Assembly: GCF_009914755.1 (NCBI RefSeq)
Contig: NC_060944.1
Length of the DNA stretch: 64,000 nt
Source of the DNA: the human T2T-CHM13v2.0 reference genome, Homo sapiens
Strand: one strand, 5' to 3'
This document shows, piece after piece, positions 13,065-26,232 of the stretch (its first letter is position 1; every line of letters begins with the position of its first letter). Under the pieces are notes generated by a model. That model saw nothing but the letters and a program-made list of their open reading frames with translations, made no database searches and was not told the origin of the DNA. Both the position numbers and the translations under genes were made by a program.

Positions 13065-13246
13065 TGGGACAAGAGCTTGGTTCCACTTTCCACGAGCCTT
13101 GTCAGCACAATGATGCCATCCATGTTGATGAACTCAGTAGCGAAAGTCACGTCGGCAGAGAGCTTGGCCAGCTCCTTCATGGCATCCAGCCGGGTCTCCA
13201 TGTTGGATGACTGGGTCCTCTCCATCAGCTGGCGTGCAGCCCGGGA
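13065..13246 (-). CDS. ELMO2: ELMO2 exon 7 (182 nt) [61 protein letters not shown]
   Basis: cctag|TCCCGG...TCCCA|gtgagt; ELMO2-type rather than ELMO1-type residues. Confidence 0.97.
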
Positions 13247-13595
13247 CTAGGAGGCCAGGGACAAGATATGTGCCATCTGCTCCTTGGAGCAGGTTACTAC
13301 TCTGTGGATAGCTCACAGAGGCCCTTCTGTGGACATCCAAACCTGAGGCAGAACTAGTTTTTTCACACAGCTTAGGAGTTGCTAAATAAATGTTTGTGGA
13401 ATCAATCAGGGAGTTATTAGTATGCCAAAACCAATCTGTAGTTATCTGCATCTTTTCTGTACCGCTTTGGCCTATGGATTTAAAAAATTCCTACCAAGGG
13501 AATACTGGAGGCATCTGGGAGGCCCACTAACGATGGTAAGTCACAGAGAAACAGATACTGGTTTAATAGAGGAAGGTTTTCTATTTAAGCTGTCT

Positions 13596-13896
13596 TGCTG
13601 GGTGCGTGGCTCATGCATGTAATCCCAAGGCTTTGAAAGGCCAAGGCAGGATTGCTTGAAGCCAGGAGTTAGACACCAGCCTGGCCAACAGAGTGACACC
13701 CTGACTCCCAAAAAATTTTTTAAAATGAGCCAGGTGTGGTGGTGCACACCTGTAGTCCTAGCTACTCAGGAGGCTGAGGTGGGAAGACTGCTTGAGCCCA
13801 GGAATTCAAGGTTGCAGTGAGCTAGGACTGCACCACTGCACTGCAGCCTGGGTAACAGAGCAAGACTCTCTCTCAAAAATAAAAAAGAAAATAAAA
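13596..13896 (+). mobile_element. AluJ
   Basis: Diverged Alu, head-to-tail with the next Alu. Confidence 0.92.
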
Positions 13897-13898
13897 TT

Positions 13899-14274
<376 letters not shown>

Positions 14275-15949
14275 TCAAGGAGAATCTGGACAACCACCTG
14301 TCAAAGACGCTGTAGAAGGGATTCTTGCATTGGGTGAAGAATTTAATCTGATGTCCTCTAAGGTCCCTTTTAATCCTAAAATGTGAAAAGCCTGGCAATT
14401 TTTTAAAAACTTTCTCTTAGAATCCATATGATTGTTCCTCAAAGTGACAGTTCTGGGGAAACTTTAAGAACATCAAGGAGCCAGAAACAATTTCCCAATT
14501 GTTTTTTGAAAATGAAGGCTGGTGAAGACAAAACCTCCTCCTAGCACATGAACTTTTCCTAGCAGGATGCCTGCCTCCTTTTCTGCAAGCTGCGGCTAAA
14601 ATCCCTCCTCTAGTATTCACTGGGCTTTCCTTCCGCTGAGCTCATTACTACATAGTGCCTCACAATTTATTGTTTCATCATTCTCTGTTTTTTGGGTGTT
14701 AATTTAATGTTCTCCACTAGAAAGCAAGAGACTTAAGAACAAAAACACACCTGTCTTCTTTCCTTTTTCTCAGTGTTAAGCAAGTGACTGGAGCCCAATT
14801 CCTGCTGCCGCCAAGGAGTCAGGCCTGCTGGCCCTCTCCCCTTTGCCTCTCCTCTTTTACTATTACAAAGCTGGCCCTTCAAAGCACAGTGCTCTCTGCA
14901 ATACAGAAGCCCTCGCTATCTCTACAGTGGAGAAAATGTGCGCCACGGGAAAAGGTCATAGCATAGAACAATCTGAAGAGCACTGGTCTGCATCCCACTT
15001 AGAAACCTCCAACTCCAAATGTCAATTTTCCTCCTGAGACAGCATTTCTGGGCTGCTGCCTCCCGCTCCAGAGAGATGTGCTTCTGGGAAAGTCAACTAC
15101 ACTGTGCAAGAGGTCTGTGAAATGTGTCGGCACTTCCATAAAAGTGAGTAACTCCCAGACTGTCATATTAAATTACCAGAGCTTAGGAGGGAAGAATGAA
15201 GTCCTTAAGATGAGAAGAGTTCAGGAGAAGAGGGGGAGGCAGAAGAACATGATGGGAGGAATATGGGCCTAGAGTCAGACAGACCTGGGTCTGAGAGCGG
15301 GCTTGGCTACTTTATTAGCTGTGTGACAAGTGGCAAGTAATTTAACCTCTCTAACCCTCAGTTTCCTTGCCTACAGAATGGGGCTATCAAGAGTACCTAT
15401 CTCATGGGATGTCTGTAAAGATTAGATGATTTAATTACACAAAGTATTTAGCAAAATATAGGCATTCAGTAAACGCTGGCTGATATCACTTCATACCTCC
15501 CCTCCTCTCAGATGAACCAGTCTCTCTCTGCACCAAGAAAAGAAGTGCCATCATGCCCTTAATTTTCTGGCTGCCCTTCTACAAATGTAACCAAAGGTGC
15601 AACCATATTGGCTGTCTTCTTCATGGGCCTAGCAGTCAAAGTGATTCCCTCTACCTGGGCTTTGAGTCCTTCCTCTCCTGGTCCAGTAAGGTCCTGTTCT
15701 ATTGATTACCTGCTTTCCTGCACCTTCAACCTTCCTCTCTTCCATCTGAACACATTCTTAAGGGCACATAAAAAATTGCAACAGAAACAACCAACACGAA
15801 GGGTCAGAAAGGTGGGGAACTGGGCAGATGGGGACAGGAGTTGCGGGGAGACCTTTTGCTACATCTCTGTGAAAATTTTTGATTTGTGAAACACATGAAT
15901 GCTTTACCTGCTTTTAAAAAGCACATCTTTTTGACTCCACGTCCCCTTC

Positions 15950-17095
15950 GCATTATCACCTTCTCTGTGTTTTCTTTTAAAACCAAGCTTCTTGATACAG
16001 CAGTAGACTCAAAGTCCTCACTGTTTTACCTTTCTTTTACTTGACCACTTCAGTGTGGCCACCTGGCCTCCCCACCATAACTTTTTTGTGAGTATCACCA
16101 GTGTCCTCTAACCTCCCAAGTCATTAGACAGCTTTTCTGCTCTCAGTTTACTAAATCTCTCTGCTTATTAAAAATTGCAGACCATACTCTCCTCAGTCCT
16201 GACACTCTCCCTGCCCAAAGCTCCTCAGTCACTTCACCTTCTTGGTGTTCTTTCTACCCTTCTGGTTGCTTCCTTAGTGACCTTTAAGGGCTGCTCTTGC
16301 ACAAATCAGGGTCATCCTCCATTCTCCCCTTTCCTTCCACATCTAGCATATCACCATACTCATAAAGCTTACCTCCTAGATACTCTTCATATCCATCCTT
16401 TCATCTCCATTACCACTTGCCTTCACTGGGCTGTTAACATTCCTTATTAGCCTCTTCAAAGGTTCCTACTACCACCAACCTTCTTCTTAAGGCCCATCTT
16501 CCACATGGTCACTAAAGTGATCTTTCTAAAACTTAAAATCTAAACATAACATATCTTCCTGCTTAAAATTCTTCAATGTCCCCAGTTTCCTTCTGGACAG
16601 AGTTGAAACCTACGAGTAGGCCATCAAGGAACCTTGAATATCTGGCTTCTCAATGACTGCTACAAGCCTCCAGCCACCCAGCACTCCTGCTTTTCCCAAA
16701 CACAGCATACCTCTGTGCCTTGGCATATGCTGATTTCTCTGACTGGAATACTTTTCCTTTTCTTATTTCTCTAGCTAATTCTTGCTCATCCTTTAACATC
16801 TGAGCTAAGTGACGCCTTCTCTGGCAAGACTTTCTGGAAATCTCCAGGCTGAGTTAGGTGGTCCCCTTTGTGAGTTCCCACAGCTCCCTAAGCAACTTTC
16901 TCTCAAGACCCTTGAGACAGGCCTTCTATTGCATTTGTTTACTCCCCACTAGGTGGTGAGAACCAAGACAGACTTATTTTCCTGTACTATTTCCTGATAC
17001 AAAAAGACTGACTTTCTTATCTCCAGAGTACTTATTTCTAGAACAGAGTCTGGCCCATGGTAGGTGCTCATATTTGTTTGTGACATGAATAAACT
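15950..17095 (+). mobile_element. L2 fragments
   Basis: L2-like body and 3' end (gtctggcccatggtaggtgctcatatttgtttg...atgaataaa). Confidence 0.55.
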
Positions 17096-17118
17096 CCTAA
17101 GGAAGAAAGAATACCTAC

Positions 17119-17169
17119 CGGGGAGATAGCCAGTTGTAAGATTGTCCCATTCTTAATGTCACTGCGAGT
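17119..17169 (-). CDS. ELMO2: ELMO2 exon 6 (51 nt) TRSDIKNGTILQLAISP
   Basis: cccag|ACT...CCG|gtagg; visible within ORF 17068..17358. Confidence 0.96.
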
Positions 17170-17554
17170 CTGGGTAGTGAAAAATAAACAAAAAAAGTAA
17201 CTAAGATAAAATGTTAAAGTGGTACAAGCAAGTTGAATCAACAATAATGTTTTGTCTTTTTTACAGTAGATGTAACTGAGGATCTTCAGTCGGGCCCTCT
17301 TCTCCTGCTTATTCCTTGGCAAAGAATTTCTAAGATCCTCCTCTAGCACCCTGGGCACTCAGGAAGTAAAAGCCACCTTTTTCTAGCCACTAGGGAAGAA
17401 CAAGGGCTGGTGTTTCCCAGTCTGTCCGGAGAGTGACTCTTTACCCAACACATGGAAGCTACCTGGATGCTGAGTGAAGATAAATAGTGCCGTCTCCTTG
17501 GGTCGTTTAATTCCAAGCAAGGCCCATATTGATTTTGCCTCTCCCTGTACTAAC

Positions 17555-17627
17555 CTGTTCGGTGATGTACAGCTGAGGACCATCTGCATAACGGAGGGTA
17601 TAATACTCTGGGTTTGGCAACGACCAC
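17555..17627 (-). CDS. ELMO2: ELMO2 exon 5 (73 nt) [24 protein letters not shown]
   Basis: gcatag|GTGG...GAACAG|gttag; phase matches exon 4. Confidence 0.96.
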
Positions 17628-18074
17628 CTATGCAAGAGAAAAACAGTATATCCCACTTGGCCACTCTCTTGTTCAGAAGCTGCTCATAAGTAATTTTCAA
17701 AAGAGTTGCTCAAGGGATTGGGTGGCCTATTTGGAATACAGTGGAAACAAAGCTTTAGGTTGTCATGTTGAAAAAATCATGGCCTCAGCCTTTTGTAAAG
17801 ATGAGCACCACAATAGGAGGTGTGCAGAACTGAGGAGGGGTCTCAGATCCTACCTCAATAGGGCAATGCTAGACTTTAAGGAAAAAATTAAGAAGTATAA
17901 ACGTCTTAGGGGTATGGTTGTCAACTGTACTTCCTTCCCAAGACAATGATTCCCAAGACCCCCATGCTGAGGACCTGCCTAACTGGAGATCCTTCCCAGA
18001 ACTCCCCTCAAGGTGTAGGAGTGCTCTTTCAGTCGGAGCTGCCACTGTTGAAAACGAGGTCCATTTCAACCTAC

Positions 18075-18115
18075 CCATCACAAACTTCCTTGATAATGGA
18101 TGCCAGGGGCCGTTT
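18075..18115 (-). CDS. ELMO2: ELMO2 exon 4 (41 nt) KRPLASIIKEVCDG
   Basis: ttcag|AAACGG...GATGG|gtag; frame continuous. Confidence 0.96.
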
Positions 18116-18430
18116 CTGAAAGAGAGAGAGAGAAAGCCTTCAACAGCAGCAACATCCTACTCATGCCAAGGTTCTGACAAGAGGCCTGCCAAGCAGGGTC
18201 AAGCTGGGGCATGAGAATGAACTTCTTTCCTAACAGCTTTTGTTGAAGAGGAAGCCTCTCCCAAGCCATGGTGACCGACCTTCCCTAGGGTGGGCCAGGC
18301 CCAAAGCTTAGCCTTCCTGTTGCTCGTTCTTACTCTTGATGCCGGTGGTCCCCATCCCTCAAGATGTCCTCTGCCATGCACTCCCCAGGTGCCTTTCCTT
18401 GAACCACTGCTTCTCACTTCAGGAGCATAC

Positions 18431-18508
18431 CTGGTCGATTTCAAGGAGCTGGGCGTTAGCACCTGGCCACTCAATGGCCACTTTGACAATGTCTGACGGT
18501 GGTGGCAT
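18431..18508 (-). CDS. ELMO2: ELMO2 first coding exon (exon 3, whole exon 18431-18558), aa 1-26 [26 protein letters not shown]
   Basis: ATG at 18508 (ggaacgATG, A at -3), donor CAG|gtatg; translation matches the ELMO2 N-terminus. Confidence 0.97.
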
Positions 18509-21400
18509 CGTTCCCAATGGGCTCTAATTCTGCGAGACAAAAACACAGACACGGCTGCCTGGGGAGAAAGAATCAGAAAGGTGGAAAAAGAGTATTTCTT
18601 CATTTTTCACTCTTGTTACATGTTTTGAAGAGTTTGAAGACAGACACTGCATAAAGTAACACATGAAACTACCTGGTTTGAATTTTTCTAGATCATACCA
18701 CAACTTCTGCTTAGGATTTTGTCTCTTGAGATTAAATCAGCAAGAAGAAATGGGACAAACTATCTATCATCCATAGATCAGCCAGTAGCAAGATATGCCA
18801 ATGTGGCACTTCAGTTTAAGAGTCAAGAAGACTCAGTGGTAGAGGAATGTATTTACTGCAAATTCCTGTCTTGAGACCTTGGGAGGAGAGAAGCATATGC
18901 TCCGAGACAGATAAGAATAGACAGCCTTTTCTTGGTTGAGTGGTTAGCTGGAGGAGCCAGGCTACTTCTTTCTGCAGTCATCCTAGGAAGATCCCAGCAT
19001 CAGCAGGGCCCAGCTACATGCTCTCTTGCTTCCTCCCCACTCATCGATGCCACCCCTTTCCCCTCAAAGGACACAATGCAAAGCCTCCTCTGTGTGGGAC
19101 GACATCAGAAAATGGGGAAGATAACTGGGACAGGAAATGCTATTTTCGTCCCTACTGCCAAGGGCAAGGGCGGCTGACAACTCAAGTGGAGAGAGGTAAG
19201 GATATCCTCACACAAGGGCCCCTCTTATAAGGACAAGGCTTTGCAAGTACCTCTGACCCCCTCCCCCACTTCTCTCCAAAATAAAGGAAAATAAATCATC
19301 CTGAGCAAGTCTGGAAGATGGGCCCATGTGACTGGTATCCTAGGCAACTCTGATAGCTTACTGGTATTCCAAGCAGTAACTAAAGCATTCTCTCTCCAAG
19401 GTCTGACGAAGGGAAGTCACTTGGCTGATGGATTATTTCAATGTATATTTACACTCCTTGCCTACAAGTTCAGGAGAGGCCCCTCTCTTAATGAAAAAGA
19501 CCTTTCTGCATCCTCCAGGTTTAGCCATTCACCCACAATTCATGCCTCGCTAATGGGGACCACCTGCCTCTCCTGGCGTACAAAGCATAGCTGTCGCGAG
19601 GCTATTATGCATGTATGCTATCAATTTTTCAGCCCAAACACAGATGTCAGTTCTCACAGCCTGGTAGGTATAAACCTCTTAGATGAAAAGGAGTAAAAGT
19701 CCTGTCCCCCACAAGCCCATCGGCCTCAGAAAGAGGGATGCTTTCATGACCATTTCCTAGTCAGGATGGGATGCTTCAGAAGTCTACTGTCATAAAAAGC
19801 CAGCATTTCCAGAACATGACAATGTAAAGGAACTAGTTTTCCAAGTGCTTTCACTTATTTTATTGTGTCCTCCCAGCAGCCCCACGAATTAGGCAGAACA
19901 GGATTATCACCTCCATTTGAAGATGGCACAACTAAAGCTCAGTGTTTTGTTAAGTGCCCAAGGTCACCCAGCTAGTAAGTCATAACGGTTGACAGAACTT
20001 GGACTGGCTTCGGCCAATGCTTTCCCCTTTTCCTTTGAGCCAGCCTCAACTTCTGTCCACTGCAATTAAACGCAGCCTAAAGGGATTGAAGTGGGTTGGC
20101 CTTATGGCCCCCAAGGCTTCCATAACTTCTGCAGCTCATGGCAGAATTTTTCACATGTAATTTTTATGTGCCTAGACACACGACAAACCTCAGAAAAGAA
20201 ACTGGCCCTATCTGCATAATTTCTGGGGAAAATGCTCTGCTCCAGTTACAGCAAGACAGGGAGTTCTTGTTCTAGGGGTGGCGCCATCAATCTCTGGATG
20301 CTTAGAGATGCATCCTTATCCTTATCGGCAAAGCTGCTGCAATTAGTAGACAGGACTGCACGGTTGTGAGGTCAATTTTAAAAACTGAGATATAATTTAC
20401 ATACAATAAAATGCAGAGGGCTTAAGGGTACATATGTTTGTATATATAAATATACATCATATAAATATACACATGCATCTCCCTGTAACCAGCACTCAAA
20501 ACGAGACACTGAACATTTTCATCACCCTAGAAAATTACTTCATACTTCCTCTTCCCGTCAATCCTTCCAGTCCTTTAAAGGGGAATTTCTGACTTATCAT
20601 CATCCATGAGTTTTGCCTGGTTTTGTACTTCATATAAATGGAACTATACGATATGACTTTTTAGATCATTTGTTTAGTTTGGCTTCTTCTTATTTTTAAA
20701 ATAAGCAGGCACAGAAGGTACAACAGAAAGAACACTGGGCTGGGATAATTGTCCCTGCTGAAACAAGTGACTGGATTTAGAACCAAAGGCCTCAGGACCC
20801 AATCCTAGGTCTTTCACAATGTATACATGGCCCTTTAACCAAATCTCAGTTTTCTTCTATTGAAAGATGTGAGTGTAGAACTAAAGCATGTCTCAGGTGC
20901 CTTCTAAGTCTAAAAGTCCATGATTCTTAAGTGGAATTTAAAAAATCCAAGTGAGGATGCCCATTTTAAAGTCCTTACCAAATGAAGTTACACCCTTCCT
21001 TAATTTCGATGGTGCTGCTAAGAAACAAACCCCATGATTTTTAACTCCTTTCTGAACGCCGTCTTTGGAGATTAAGCTAAAGCTCATTAGGTTATAGCTA
21101 TTATTTTCTCTTGACCCCATATGACATATCCTAGATTGACTCTCTCTTTATTAAAGTTAGCCCTGAATGATTCTCGGCTGTTCAAAAATTCGTATACATT
21201 TTAAAGCATGGAGATTTGCAACCACCAAACTATTTGAAAGATATTAATAAGCCCCCATTCTCAGTGACTCTGTCCTTCCCACAAAGCCCAGGCAGCCTCT
21301 CTGAACTGAATGACACTCTCCACAACCCTGCCATAGCTGATGGGACTAAAGTGAATACCCAACTTTAGCTGAACTATTCCAGTTCTTTCTCTTGAATTTA

Positions 21401-21742
<342 letters not shown>

Positions 21743-22321
21743 CTAAGGGAACTGGGTGATAATGACCCTGGAGAAGTAAGATCATAGTAAGCTTCAGAGC
21801 GAATACCATGGCAAGCCAAAGATCCGTACGAGCCAAAGATATGGAGAATAAAAAACCAAGAGCCTTTCAGAGGAAGTGATTCTGCAGGAGGAATCCATAA
21901 ATATCTAAATGAACTGAGGCCAGAAATCAGAAAGAGATGGAAAAGCCATTACCTGCTAACTTTCCAGATTATGTGGCTATTACTTCCTATGCTCGGGGTA
22001 CCTGAAAGTCCACTGTATCCTGCCAATAAAACTCCTATAAATTAAGCTAGTCTATGTTTCTACTCATTGCAACTAATAAGCCTAAGACCACAGCTGCCCC
22101 CAAGCTCTGCAGGAACTCTAAAACGGAGGTCTGAGCAGACAGCAGCATCACTAGCATATGATGATGGTACTGGGTAAGCACTTAATTAACAATGGCTGAA
22201 TTAATGAGAGCAAAACCCATGGGTTTGCTCTTACCCACTAGATAAGTCTGATTTGTTTGAAACAGATCGGTTATATGGTAACTTCATAGTAATCATATAT
22301 CTAGTAGTAACGTACAGGTAG

Positions 22322-22639
<318 letters not shown>

Positions 22640-22659
22640 AGGTAGCCTCTTTATAGTTG

Positions 22660-22772
22660 ATTGCTCACTTCTATATCATTATTATAGTTGATGCTCATAA
22701 GAACTCTGAAAAACATTCCTACCTTACAGGTAAGGCAACTGAAGTTCAGACGGATTGACAAACTTGTTCTCC
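22660..22772 (+). mobile_element. MIR fragment overlapping ELMO2 exon 2 (antisense to the gene)
   Basis: cattcctaccttacaggtaaggcaactgaagttcagacggattgacaaacttg resembles the MIR core atccccattttacagatgaggaaactgaggctcagagaggttaagtgacttg. Confidence 0.65.
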
Positions 22773-22797
22773 ATGTACCTCTTTCTACACCTCCCTC
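22723..22797 (-). other. ELMO2: ELMO2 exon 2 (75 nt, 5'UTR, contains uORF)
   Basis: Acceptor ttccttcttttag|GAGGGAGG and donor TAAG|gtagga; matches my recollection of the ELMO2 mRNA leader. Confidence 0.8.
22724..22774 (-). CDS. Upstream ORF in ELMO2 exon 2, MENKFVNPSELQLPYL*
   Basis: ATG at 22774 (gtacATGG, G at +4) to TAA at 22726-22724, wholly within the exon; translation not demonstrated. Confidence 0.5.
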   Translation of the reverse strand: MENKFVNPSELQLPYL

Positions 22798-22949
22798 CTA
22801 AAAGAAGGAAGGAAAGAAAAAAAATGAAGGGAGGGAAAAGAAATAAAACTAAATCAACCCAACACATCAGAACTGGGTCTCAAGCCTAGGTCTTAGGACT
22901 CCAAAGCGAGTTCTCATCGCTCTATATAATACTTCCTTAGATGATGACA

Positions 22950-23145
22950 TTAGCTAGCAATTACATAATGCTAAGGCACTATTTTAAGGGCTTTACATAT
23001 ATTAATTCATTTAATCCACACAGCAATGCTGTGTGGTATGTTATTATCCCCACCTTAGAGATAAGAAAATGGAGGCACAGAGGAGTTAAGTAGAAGGCTC
23101 AGTGTCACATAGCTAGCAAGTGGCACAGCCAGAATTTGATACCAG
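22950..23145 (+). mobile_element. MIR
   Basis: ttattatccccaccttagagataagaaaatggaggcacagaggagttaag core. Confidence 0.75.
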
Positions 23146-23906
23146 GTTGTCTGGTGTTGCTGGAAAGCCATGAGAAAGCAGGTGGCTCTGCACCTGACCC
23201 GCAGCAGGTGCTTTGTGGAGATTTCTGGTTTGTGTATCTGAAACCAAAGCACACTGAGGCTAAGAAACCTTCACAGCAAGAACTCACCATTGTAACAGAA
23301 GACAGCTCTCCACTGTCTACAGGTGGGCCACACTCCCTCGTGTGCTATTTGGTCCTTTACAATCTAGCCATCCTGGACTACGGGCTATTTCTATAAGGCA
23401 GGCCATGTTCTTTCAATTCTTCTGTACCTTTGCACATTCTCTTCCTCCTACTGACTGTCAGAAGAGCTCCTATTCAAGCATCAGAGCCTAGTTCGGATGT
23501 TACCTCCTCCTTGTACTAGTCTTAGCTTTCTCTACTTTCCCTGGCAAAAGTAAATAGGACAGGGGCCTCTGTGTTCTCACAGCATCCTGTTCATACTTCC
23601 GTTAATGAGTACGATTTTGTCATACTCTATTACAGTTACATATTTACACATCTCCACTAGCTCCTCCTCCAGAACAGGTATAACTCTGCAGTCTCATAAC
23701 CTAGCACAGCACTTGGTGTCCAGTGAAGGCTCAGTAAGCACCTGTGTCTGCTTAAACCCAATGGCTCTGATTTCTTCCACTCCTGTGAACCAGGCTGGCT
23801 CCAAACAGACAGGGACAGGCATGAACTGTGCAGGCTGTCTGGTGTTCCCTCTGCGTCCCAATACCCTCTAACTACACAGTATTTCCATTGTTTAACAGTT
23901 TGTTTT

Positions 23907-24191
23907 GGCTGGGCGCAGTGGCTCACACCTGTAATCCCAATGCTTTGGGAGGTCAAGGCAGGAGGATCACTTCAGGCCAGGAGTTCGAGACATTTCTCTA
24001 CAAAAAATAAAAATTAGCTGGGCATGGTGGCGTGTGCCTGTAGTCCCTAGCTACTCAGGAGGCTGAGGCAGGAGAGTTGCTTGAGCCCAGGAGTTCGAGG
24101 CTGCAGTGAACTATGATCATGTCACTGAACTCTAGCCTGGGTGACAAAGTGAGATCCTGTCTCTATTAAAAAATAAAAATAAAATAAAAAA
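23907..24191 (+). mobile_element. AluJ with internal deletion in the left arm
   Basis: Alu body lacks the segment after gagttcgagac. Confidence 0.9.
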
Positions 24192-25939
24192 CTGTTGTTT
24201 TCATATCAAACATTAGAATAAGTCTTACTGAAAAATCAGGGTTAGCACCCCTAACTCTAGTTGAAAGAAAGAGGAAAACCTCCCTCTGCTTTTCTCCCTA
24301 TCGAAAAGAAACATCAGGAGATAGGAGACTAGAAATAATTCTGTTCTCCAGATAATATTCCCAGGATAAAGGATCTCCTTATAGGGAACCCTTCCAGCAC
24401 GTGTTTGCTTACTCCCTTCATTTTCATTCTAGAAAGGAAGTAGAAATTAGGTCAAAGGAATTCAGTAACATTGCAAAATTCTCAGGGTTATAAATAGCCT
24501 CTTGCTCCGCCACTCAGCAGTACTGTAGCTCAATTGCAAACCACCAGCATAAGGGAGCTGTAGTTCCATATCCAGGCCCAGAGGGCCCCTTCCGGATTAA
24601 ACAACTCCCCACCCTTCTACCTTCCACTCCTCTTTAAGCATTACAGATATAAGGATGATTTGGAAAACTCAAAATGCTACAAAACAGGAGACAGGCACAC
24701 ACTGACCTGATGACAATTTTACTATAAGTCATAAGAATGAAAGGCCAGTTTTTCAAACACAGAGCTGGGAAAAGTAGAGAAAAATAGGAACATTAGTGTC
24801 TCCAATGGAGCAGTCTCTAAGTGGCTTCTAGAAGGTGTGCTTATAAAATCAGCACTGTTACAGAAGCCCCATGGAGCTTTATCAATCACCCATGCAGTGA
24901 CTGCTGCTTCACGGAGCTGGATTCTGAGAGCAGGATTGGAAACCGAATCTTAAGGAATGAAGTGAAAGATGATCTCCTCCTATTAGTAAGGAATTTGGGA
25001 TGAAGAATGCCAGGTTTCCAGCTCCCCTCCTTCCCCCTATTCCTTTAAGGATAAGAACGGATGTGTACTTTTTGTTCAGTTATTTGGCTTTTGATTTGGT
25101 GAAGGAGGCATGGGTAAGTTTGGTTTATGTTTCCTGCAACAGAATGCAACCTCATCAAGAAGGCAAGTTGGAGTCACGCCCTTTCTAATCGAGAACACAA
25201 TCTCTATAAAGGCTTCCCCCTCTGAAATCTTCTCATCTGAGAAGTGATTCAACTTCCCTTAGTTCAGTCCACTGAATGACGATCAGACTCTGAGGTACAG
25301 AAAAGGGAGGATTTGACTGGCAGAGATTAAGGTTCTTATGTTTACTGCTGGAAGCCCTGGGAAGGACCACCATACCAACAGCAGCTGAGGTTTCCCCTTT
25401 TTGTTGAAGTATGTTAGACACAGGACTCATTCACACATGGTAAAAAGCCACAAACTTACATAGAGGCAAAGGTGTGGTGAGAAGGGGTGTGGGGGCAGGG
25501 GAACTATTTGGGTTTCTTCATCTTGATTCCTGCTGTAAGAATGGCCTGGGTCTTCTCTTATCCTGCACAGACACCTTCTGTAGTGTTCCTATACTTAAAG
25601 AATAGTGCTTAAGTAAGCTCCTTAGCAGAGCATTCAACTTACTCCAGTTCCACCGTGGCTCTGTGGTGGAACTGGCTTTCAGATTCGCTTTTGCAGATGC
25701 CATGTTCTCACCAGACCACCTGTTCCCTGAAAAACCATGCTCTTCTGAGTCTGTATGTTTGCTTGTGCTATTATTTCCTCTTCCTTGTCCAGCTGGCAAA
25801 CTTCAACTCAACCTTCAAGGCCCAGCTAAGATAATCACTCTTCTATGTGGCTTTCCTAATCCTCTCACCTCAGGGAAAATTAATTGCAGCCTCATCTGTG
25901 ATCCCAGTCTTCTGTACATACCTTCCTGATCCTACTGAT

Positions 25940-26232
25940 TTATAATTCTCTATGTGCAGTCTCTTCCCTGGCTACGATAGGTGTGATGTGCATACCAGCA
26001 GCGGCAGTATCCCTGGGAGCCCAGACCCACCCAATCAGAATCTGCCTTCAAACAAGATCCTGAGGTGGTTCAAGTGCATGTTCAAGTCTGGGACATAGGC
26101 TCTAGATCAGATAAGGTCCGAGAAACAGTGGTTCTCAACTCTGGTTGTGCACCATCAACACACACCCCAGGTCATTTATAAACTCTCAGATGCTCAGGGT
26201 TGACCCACAGCTCCAGGAGAGTTGACAACCTG
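25940..26232. mobile_element. MER5-family hAT-Charlie fragments
   Basis: ccaatcagaatctgcc..aacaagatcc and cagtggttctcaactctgg motifs. Confidence 0.6.
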
